From NCBI GenBank assembly GCA_900088475.1, contig FLMG01003455.1, forward strand, positions 1 to 33,744: a stretch of 33,744 nucleotides of DNA. Reading direction: 5' to 3'. Under the pieces are notes generated by a model. That model did not search any database and was not told the DNA's origin. It saw only the letters and a program-made list of their open reading frames with translations. A program made the position numbers and the translations under genes. The DNA comes from Hyphochytrium catenoides. Lineage: Eukaryota > Protista > Hyphochytriomycota. Shown one piece after another: positions 11,769 to 20,792 of the stretch. Within the stretch, counting starts at the first letter, position 1. Each line of letters opens with the position of its first letter.

Positions 11769-13244
11769 ATGGCGCCTCCTCCCCAAAGAGAAGAACCTGG
11801 AGACTCTCTCTCCCTGGCAGATGAAATCAAGAGAGAAATTCCATGCAGAGCCGCTGCTCCGGAGCAGGATGGAAAGACTCTGGCCTCTTCTTCCTCTCCA
11901 TCTCCTCCTTCTTCATCTAGCACTTCTCAATCTTCTACGTCTCTTCTCTCCTCCTGCTTTCTCTCCGTCAAAAGCGTTGTCTGCAACCCTCAGATTCTCT
12001 ACAATGCCCTGCTGGTCTGCGGTCTGCTTCTCTCTCTCACTCTCTTCAACATTGTCATGGAATACGTGACGCGCATGTTCAAGCCTCTTCCGGAGACCAG
12101 CGTCATGCTCGTCATCTCTCTCTCGTACGGCCTCACAGGCTTCCTCGCTGCCAGAATAGGGAGAGAGATGAGATCAGAAGCCCCCGAGCGTGTCTTTTTC
12201 CTTGTCTCTCTCTCTTATATCCTCGGCTGGTTCTTCTCTTTCCGCTCTCTTCGCTTTGTCTCCTTCCCTGCTAGAGTCCTAGGTAAGATGTGCAAGCCCG
12301 TGCCCGTGATGGCCTTCGACTGTCTTTTGGGAAAGTTCTATCCTCTAAGAAAGTATGCGACCACTCTGTCTATCACCCTGGGCGCCTCTCTCTTCATGCT
12401 CTATAGCAAAGAGGGAGGGAGCCAAGGGAAGAGCACGCTGAACGGGATGGTGATGCTTCTACTCTCTCTTTGCTGCGATGGCGCCACGGGAGCGATGGAG
12501 AACAAGTTTATCCCGAAGTATAGCATTGGCCCCTTTGAGCTCCTTCAAGGGATCAATCGCTATGTCTTTCTCTTCTCTCTCCTTGCGATCCTTCTCTCTT
12601 CTTCGCTGCATGAACTCAAGCACTTCGTTGAGACCGCAGGCTTGTCTCTCCTTCTCCTCTGCGCGGCAGGATCTATTGGGCAAGTCTTCATCTTCATAGT
12701 CATCTGCAGGCTTGGGGCTCTGAATGCTGTCATTATAGGCACAGCGAGGAAGGTTATTACCGTGGCTGCGTCCATTCTTCTGTACGGACACTTCCTGACT
12801 TTCTTCCAGTTCATTGGGCTCTGCATCACCTTCTGTGCCCTCCTGGTTGACGTCTACTGCAGTACAAAGCGGTTAAGGAGAAAAGCGAATGCAGAGGAGA
12901 CAAGAGGGAAACAGAACTGCGGCGGAGTTGCTCCCAAGCAAGGAGTCGCTCTTCCTGCTCAAGTTTTTCAGCTAGAAAAGCCAGAGAGCGAGCATGTCCT
13001 AGAGATTAAGGAAGGAACCGAGAAAGAACGCGTAGGGGAGAACGTGGCCAAGCCCAAGCCTCTCGGAAGCGTCAAGAGCGAAGAGAAGCACCCTCTCCTC
13101 TCTAAACGTGAGTCAGAGGAGGAAGAAGGAGAGGAGAGCACTGTGCTGGATGTAGTGATCGACCCTCCTCAGCCTGAGAGTCTTGGACAAGTCTGCAGCC
13201 CGCGAAACAAGAGACTGGAAAGCTCAAGAGAAGCTGATGGCTGA
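11769..13244 (+). CDS. SLC35B1: UAA-family nucleotide(-sugar) transporter, SLC35B1/HUT1/UTr1-like, intronless, 491 aa
   Basis: Multiple TM helices plus family motifs SLRFVSFPARVLGKMCKPVPVM (cf. YPTQVLGKSCKPIPVM), LSLCCDGATG, GSIGQVFIF...LGAL...RKVITVAASILLYGH. Low-complexity N- and C-terminal extensions. Confidence 0.88.
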   Translation: MAPPPQREEPGDSLSLADEIKREIPCRAAAPEQDGKTLASSSSPSPPSSSSTSQSSTSLLSSCFLSVKSVVCNPQILYNALLVCGLLLSLTLFNIVMEYVTRMFKPLPETSVMLVISLSYGLTGFLAARIGREMRSEAPERVFFLVSLSYILGWFFSFRSLRFVSFPARVLGKMCKPVPVMAFDCLLGKFYPLRKYATTLSITLGASLFMLYSKEGGSQGKSTLNGMVMLLLSLCCDGATGAMENKFIPKYSIGPFELLQGINRYVFLFSLLAILLSSSLHELKHFVETAGLSLLLLCAAGSIGQVFIFIVICRLGALNAVIIGTARKVITVAASILLYGHFLTFFQFIGLCITFCALLVDVYCSTKRLRRKANAEETRGKQNCGGVAPKQGVALPAQVFQLEKPESEHVLEIKEGTEKERVGENVAKPKPLGSVKSEEKHPLLSKRESEEEEGEESTVLDVVIDPPQPESLGQVCSPRNKRLESSREADG

Positions 13245-13705
13245 CAAAGTTGACCGGAAGAGGGGTAAAGACGTAAAAGCGGCAAGAGGTTACAGCAAAG
13301 GTCTCTCAAGACTGAATAACTGCCGCTACATCTGTTTATCATTGACAGTCACGGACTGGGCACGCACGAAGAGAAAGAGAATAGCGAGAGAGGGGCACAC
13401 AAGGCGAATTCTTAACCTTTGATTTATGAGCTCCTACAGGTGGACCAGCCTGTAGGGAGCTGGTGCCACCTTTGCTAGGAGTTTGGGACTTAGAATGTTA
13501 GCGATAGCATCTCAGAATCGACGGCGCTATGGGCGGAAGTGGCGCCGGGAAATAAATAGCCAGAGAATAGCAGCAGAAGACTGATGAGGAGAAGGAAGGA
13601 GAATGTAGAGCCAAGGTAAATAGGCGCACGGCTGCCAAAGAAGTTCCCTCGGGTCACAAAGACTGCAGCAAGAGGCTTCGAGAAAGGTCTCCTGTCCTTT
13701 CTCAG

Positions 13706-16700
13706 CTAGCTTGGATAATACGCATCTCCGCTCTCATCCGTCACACCGAGAATCTCTGTCACCTTTGCCAGAAACCTCGCCCTATAATCCTTTGGCGGAA
13801 TGGCGCTCAAACCTTTTCCTTCTGCTCCCTTCAGAGTGATCTTTACCAGCCTCTCCAGTCTCTTCTGCAGCGTCCACGTCTGCAAAATGTCAATGATCCC
13901 AATAAAGTAGAAACCTGGGCCCGATATATAGTTAGCCCGCCTCATTCCTCTATGCATCTCCCCTCCGGATCGGCCAGGAGCTACAACTTCACCACCATCT
14001 CGGCCTAGTCCTTCTCCGCCTGAGGGTTCCCCTCCCTCCTGCATCTGCCTTTGTCTTCTTTCTTCAAGTCTCCTCTGTCTCAGCTGTTCAGAGAGGAGTC
14101 TACGCGTGAGGCCACCTGGCTGGGTGTCTCGCTCGTAGTTCTGGTTGATTGGCGCATCATAGTTGAAGACCTCGCCATACTGGGCAAGGACAAAGGAGAG
14201 AGACTTGGTGAGGGAGACGAAGAAGACTGATTATAAGAGAAAATCGGGGAAAGAGACAGAAAGGACAAGAATCGACGGGCAGAGATAGAAGATAAAAGCT
14301 CTCAACATTGATATAGCTAAGCCAAGCTCTAATAGCACCTCTTACCGCGAACGGATTTGCCTGAGCATCTGTCTGTGGCCCAACAGCGCTGTAAACCACG
14401 TCGTTGGAGTCATCCTTCGAGTTCTGGATCGTTGAGAAGCTGTCTCTGTACTCTCGCTCCTCGTCTTCCTCTCGTGTACTCTGCTGCTGCAGAGGCCGGG
14501 GATTGTCCACCTGGTAGGTGAGCTCACTGACCCCGATGAGCAACGAATAGTCCATGATTCCAACGTCGCGAAGCAGCTTGGTATCTTTCCTGATTTGATG
14601 GTAGGTGGACTGCGCCTCGGTCTCAGGAAGGCGCAGCTTTTCCTTGAGATCGTTGTCCTTCAGAACTTCATCTGGCTCATGGCCCAGCAGTCTCTCATCA
14701 CAATGCGACTTCACCCCGAAGATGTACTTTTGATTGCAGTGCCTGCAGGTCACCTTCTTGCCTCTCTTTGTGCGAGTCATATTGCGGTTCACCCAAGAGC
14801 CCTTGATGTCATACCTAGAGACGCAGAGCATCTCGATCAGCAGAGAAGGAGCGAAGACAGGGCTGGAAGAGGAAGACAGATGGGCTGAGCAGCCAAACAA
14901 AGAGAGCGATCAGGTGGGACAAGAAAGATAGAGTCTGGCACATGAGGAAAGATAAAGGAAAGGAGAAAGAATAGACAGGCCAGCCTCTGCCTATGGCCTT
15001 AAGACTCATTCACAAGGTTCACCTGTAGTGGATCTGTTTATCTGTATAGAAGAGGTTTGCCATGACGACGAAGCAGAAGGTCTGCCTGTACATCTTCAGG
15101 CTGTAACAGCCATAGATTCGGGTCAGCAACGTCTTCTTGTTCTCCACTAAGTACTGCCCATACTGCTCAGCAATGGACTGTAGGAAAGTGCATTCTTCTC
15201 CACTCATGCTCTTAACGATGAGAGTTTTGTCTTGAGAAAAGAACATGAACGCGCCTAAGCATCGGGAAGAAAAATATCAGCCATGTCAACGCTACACCAA
15301 AGTGCTTCGATTTCCTGCTTTCTCTCTCACTCTTTATAAACGGTGAAGATTCTCTTTCTCTCTCTCTCTTCGCACTTTTCTGAAGCTCAATTTCTCTCTC
15401 TTTTCTTCATTCTCCGTCTCGTTCCCTTACTCTGAAGCTCCGCCCTCACTCCATATCCCCCCTTTCTTCTCTCTCTGTCTCTGTCTTTCTCTCAGTCTCT
15501 TCGTCCTCTTTGTCTCTCCGTCTTTCTCTTTCTTTTCTAAAGGTTTACTCTTTGCCTGCTTACCACTTGCTCCTTCGCTGATTCTGGCCTTGGTCGTATG
15601 CTCCAGTGAGGCACTGAGTTTCGCATTGGTCATGCCAAAGCCCGCGCGGATGTGCTTGAAGACGTTATGCTTATAAGCCGTAAAAACAGGTCCACGCTTC
15701 ACTTGTTGTCCTGAGGGTGCTCGACCTCCCACTGGGGACGACCAACAATATGAGTAAACAGTAAGGAGATCGGTACACTATTAGACAGGAGGAGCATCAC
15801 TATGAGCGAAAGAAGTTGGAGAGTGCTCATGGCACAGCCCAGTGCTCAGCCAGTGACCACGAGGCGACAACAATGGGAAAGAGCGAGAAAGTATCGGTGG
15901 GACCGCAACTGGGCGGATAAATATATAAGGTCCTAGCTAGTGCTAGCAAGACATAAGACCTACCTTCACCTCTCTCTGTGCGCGCCGCCAGGTAAAAATC
16001 CTTCCTGTCTGTGGTCTCAACATCCCCTGCCTCCTCCAGCGCAAGACGGATGCCCGACACCGTGTTATAAAGGACCTCTTCCCTTAGCGCCGTGTTTACT
16101 TGTGGGTCCAGTGAGTTGTCCTGTTCCGCTTCCCCTCCAGCTCCCTCTCCTTGGGCCCCCTTCCGTCGGCCGCACTGTCTAAAAGCATCCAGTACGTCCG
16201 AGAACTTGAAGTCATTCACCAGGAACCACACTAGGAAGTCCACATAGCCTTGAGCGCAAATAACGTAGTTGACCGCCTGAAAAGCTTTGGATTTATTGAG
16301 CTCCTTCGCTTCATTGTTCTCATCCGCGGCCATGAGGTTGAGGTCCACAGTTGAGAGATATATGACATAGACGAAGACGAGGATCACCCAGTATCCAGTG
16401 ATAAAAGACACGTACGTCGAAGACACGCGAATGATCTCTCTCCTGACCTCGATGGTCTTTTGAATGCCGTCTCTCAATCGGACCAGGGAGATCACCACGA
16501 TGACAATGGAGAAGACAATGAAGAGGATAACCCAGATGTAGAGGAACGCCCAAGCGGTGATGTTGGCGGTAAACTTGTCGCTTTCACCCTCCTGCACGGG
16601 ATCAGCGCGAGCCCAACAGAAAGAGACAGTGGACTGCCCTGCATAGTTTGCAGCAACAAGTACGATGGACATGAACAGAGGGAAGCCCCAGGAGAAGATG

Positions 16701-17651
16701 TGATACTTCTTCACGTTAGCTTTAAAGTTCGTGAAGGGGTTCGTTAAAGAGAGGTACAGATCAACAGACAGACAGAGGAACCAGCAAAGTGAGGAGAGGA
16801 TGAGGAACTCAGAGATGGCTCCCAATGCGCGGCAGAGATCATCGTATCCTCCTCCTTCTCCGTTTTGAGAAAGAGGCGCACATGCTTGATCCTCAGTTTC
16901 TCTCGTCAGGATACACCGTAAGGGAGCCTCTCCAACCACTCTGATAGCAAAGAGAAGGTCTATCATTGACCGATAGAAGAGAAGCGGGTTGGGATGTCTT
17001 CTGTTCTTCTTCTTGCCAAGATAGGAAAAGAGAATCAGAAGGGCGGAGATGAGAGTGAGGAGAGAGCCAAACATAGCTCCAGGCGAGATATAGACAAAAG
17101 ACACCTGAAGACCAAGTGCCAAGGTCACCACCAACATCAGCAGCACAACCACTTGAGGGACAATGTTCCTCTTTGCCACCGAAAACCATCCTTTTCTCTG
17201 TCCTCCTGAGCCCTCTTCTTGCCCGCCCTCTACATTATGCATGTGCGCGGGCGCTGCACCGCCTCCTGGCCCGTGATACCGGGGGGTCTCGTTCCTTTGA
17301 TACGGCGGACCTTCAAGACGGAGGTGACGTGTTTGACGTTAAGAAAGAGCTGACGACCAGGAACAGGTTCCGCCTCGAAAGGCAAACAAAGCATTCAGGG
17401 CACAGAGCTTGAGACTCTACCCTAAGGAATTAGAAAAGAATGAAGGGAGCCAGCGAAGGAGAAAAGCGGACAGTCCTCTTAGCAGAGAACTTACCATGAC
17501 CATCATCTTGAGGCCGGTACCCAGTCGCAGTGTCCACAGGTAGGGATCCAACAGTTGCGATGGTGCCAGAAGGTCTTGGACCGTGGGCTCTTCCTTCATA
17601 TCCAGTGACATCATATGGTCTCCTACTTATTGCGCCATCTGGCTGCTGCAT
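13706..17651 (-). CDS. GPCR-PIPK fusion: cAMP-receptor-like 7TM domain fused to a phosphatidylinositol phosphate kinase domain, ~948 aa
   Basis: Hand-spliced exons (minus strand): 17651-17495, 17310-15964, 15731-15564, 15254-15023, 14814-14346, 14179-13706; all GT-AG and phase-consistent. 7TM motifs: RRHPNPLLFYRSMIDLLF, LCRALG...SSLCWFLCLSVDLY, YHIFSWG, FCW, QGYVDFLVW. Linker ALREEVLYNTVSGI = LR(x)9GI. PIPK motifs: FKHIR, EGASGAFMFFSQDKTLIVK, TLLTRIYG, VVMANLF, YDIKGS, LKDNDL, MDYSLLIG, YFIGIIDILQ, SAIPPKDYRARF. The first exon is less certain; the alternative start is ATG 17242 (~873 aa). Confidence 0.92.
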
Positions 17652-19753
17652 GGCTGCTAGTCGTAGATAGAGTAAGGTCTAGACCAACTCTCAACCTCAA
17701 CGTAGGGAAGCCAAAGGGCAATTTACACTGCCATAGCGTTCTTGCTTGTTTACGCTTGCTATGTGAAGGGTAATGCTTGAGTTACGGGATTCTCCGCTTA
17801 GAGTGGTGTGCCAAAGATTCCAGCCAGAGTCCCCAGCATGAACGGCTGAAAGCTTCAGATTGAGAGCCGATGATGGAGCGTCAGCTTGCTGTTGAGCTCC
17901 CGATGACAGAGACTCGCGCTCTGATAAATCGGAAGAGCGGTTCTTGTCTACCCCATGCCTCGTGCACACTCTGTCTTGTGACGTAAGACCGGAGGAGAGC
18001 TTTCTGCCTTAGCACTCAGTCCATCAACAGCTGTCTCTCAATAACTCTGTCTTGATATGTGTTTCATTCAACAAACACCATGGGCACAACGTTGTGATAT
18101 GATGGTACCCACAATCCTACACATCCCCACGGAAAGCGTTCATGAAAACAGAGAAGCCCCAATTGTATTTTTCCTATAGCCTTACGCCTGAGATGAAATA
18201 TATTGAATGAGAGATTCAATAATTTCCAGTGGGCTGGGGCACAAGGGCCCACCCACCCGATGTCCTGGCTCTTCCTCCCTTTTACTTGTACTTGGTTCCT
18301 TTTTTCTGTCCCTCTTATTTCTCTAAAATCTATTCAAGAGCCACGTTCTAGGTTTTATTTATTTTTATCGGAATTAAATTTACCATAAGAAACAGCCCTT
18401 AGTTCCTAGACTTTTCCAGTTCACTTTTCATCGACCCATAAAAAGCTGCAAAATCATAACAAAAAGCTCTACTTGTAGAAAACGCAGGGCGATAAGCTCT
18501 GTTGAAGAATCTGCCTAGAAAGCAATCTGAAGTTTGAAGGCTCAACATCGCCAATCTACTTGGCTTCGTCTGAGGAAGGAGCGGCACAACCCGTGCGGCG
18601 TGGTGCCGAAGAAGGTGAAGGAACTATCATCAGTTTTGCCTGCCATGACGCGGAAGGACGGCGGCATTATAAGTAGCTTATCATCCCTCGTTAATAGGCC
18701 TTGCCTTTCCGCAAAAGCCAGCTGATAACAAGAGGTATTATCTCTCTTTCTTGTCCTCGTGATGACGGTCTAAGTCACAATGGTAAGGTAGATTCCAAGA
18801 ACCCGGCTTGTGTCCTTTGTCTTTGTGCCTCACTTATCAAAGTAGTACTAGCCTGTAGACGTATTTGAGAAATTGTATGGGAAGGGTGTGGATACTCATC
18901 ACTTGTCCACCACGACGATGAGTAGTAGCACCACCATGGGCAACTCTCAGGGCCGTGAGGAACGAAGAAGGCCTCTATAACAACCATCATCGCGTCGGTC
19001 CACGTCAAGCCTTTCATCATTGTGATGTCGCCACCCACACAGAATAAACCTGAGTTTGGACTCAGTAAAGCTAGGTAGCCACCAGCCCGGCGAGCTTGCG
19101 GGAGTGTTACATCTTATGTTACGTCAGAACAAGTCGCTGAGTCATTGTATGGCGAGCCATCATCATCCTAGGCCCGGGCAGGTCCTCTACTGAAATCAGT
19201 CCACCAATAGGCCCAACACCAAACGATCGACCCTCTGAGTGATGCCGCTATTATGCTCTCTGATGACAACGGAGGCTGTCATATAAGGGTGTAAGGTCTT
19301 TTTACTGCTGCCCATCATCAGCCCACGGAGCAACGGCGGGGCCATCCTAGATGGTGATCATGACAGACAAGTTCTCCTCGTCGAAGCTGAAGAAGAAGGA
19401 GAGGAGAGACATCATCAAGCAGTGTGGCGGACTCTGGAGTGGCTTCATTGCTATTTGCTCCGGAGCAGAGGGTTCTGGACCCTAGAAACGGGAGAGTGCC
19501 TCGTACCCATAGCTCGAGCGGGAAGAAGAGAGCCTCCTTTAGCATTCACAACAACTCGAGGAGCTCCTGCAGCAATTGCTATATCTGTGCGTGTGTTAGC
19601 GGTCTCCTTACTTTGTGGCTGCTTTCAGCCACAGCGCAGGCTTCCGTTACCTTGATGAGAATTAATCCCAGCAGAGCAGAGTTCCGGCAGCATTAAGCAA
19701 CAGCAGGCTGGACTAGGACATGGTAGCTCTGTGTCTCTTTATAACTCTACTCG

Positions 19754-20559
19754 TTATTGATAGATGCTGGTTACCAGCGTTTGGACTATCGAGTTGTTGC
19801 TTGAGCCATCAGCAGTATCGTGGCGGGGATCGTTCCACTGCTCTTTATCATTCCAGATGGTTGACATGTCGTCGTGAATGAAGGGAACCGCTCAGGACAT
19901 CCTCCCCGCGCCGTTCCACATCCGTCTGCGGTCCCAATCACTAGCTGCGGGTAGTGCCTCTAAGTCCTCTGTTCCACACCTGGCCACCATGGCATGACTT
20001 CATAGGGTTTTTGCCATGCTTTCGGGCGGCAGCTGTCATGCAAGCTCGTCCAGAGGTTTTTCTCAAGTGTCAAGAATGCTTACTCCTTGCCAGCTCACAT
20101 CTCCTAACCTTCGGTCCGCTTAGATTATCGTTATAAATAAAGAGAAGAACTTCCTTCTCAAGGTCGAGGAGTAGGCCCTGATGCTTCTAAGAAAAATCCT
20201 CGATGGACCTTTGGCAGCTACACAGTTTTGAAGGTGTCACCCAAGAGGCAATCCATCCGAGGCACATTCTGTTTAGGCCTCCCAGACGGTAACCGGAGAG
20301 CTAGTAGAGTCATTGTTAGCTCCCCGTCCATGATGTAATAACTACGGCGCTTGGAAGCCAAGCCCTTCCTATCAAGCCCTATGCGTCCACATCCACCTCT
20401 CCTGTGGATATATGAGAGCAACCTGATCCATTGCATTGCATTGAAGGTACAATCTCCAGCTGTAGAAGCTCTCTGGAGAGACTTGGCCTCTTGAGCTCTT
20501 CTTAGACTAATGGGAGTCGCAGCACTAGCGGTGATGCAAAAAAGCAGTAAAGCCTTCAA
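19754..20559 (-). pseudogene. Possible decayed secreted SGNH/GDSL-like esterase fragment (tentative)
   Basis: Broken reading frames: a signal-peptide-like ALLLFCITASAA, then LLGDT (GDS-like) near 20240, and a terminal WNDPRH...NNSIVQTLVTSI (DxxH plus helix) near 19830, separated by stops and frameshifts. Weak pattern match only. Confidence 0.15.
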
Positions 20560-20792
20560 ATGATGAGTCTCTCACAGGCCTGCTTTGGAGCCACCACCAG
20601 TTGTAGAGACCTGACCTCCAACTACCGGCTGGTTATTTCGCCACGCCAAGGACACGCAGAGCTATCTGGAAGATCCCTCAAGAGAGCTAACAAGAAGTCC
20701 GGTGCTTCTATTACATGACTTTCTCGTTGAAGCACTATCACGTCCTAGCGTCCGTCCGCGGCTATAAAACATCGTCGATAGCATGCGGGGCC

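Noticed and set aside
14080-14268. ORF or acceptor at 14226 as the last PIPK exon
   Set aside because: It hits a stop at 14082; the acceptor before 14179 gives a continuous frame to the IIDILQ motif.
15827-17242. Stand-alone 471-aa GPCR
   Set aside because: A GT donor at 15963 splices in phase to the PIPK exons and the LR(x)9GI linker marks the fusion family; the ORF's last ~45 aa are intron read-through.
18050-18750. AT-richer stretch as an organellar insertion (NUMT/NUPT) or transposon
   Set aside because: No recognisable gene, RNA or terminal repeat in any frame I examined; a BLAST search would be needed.
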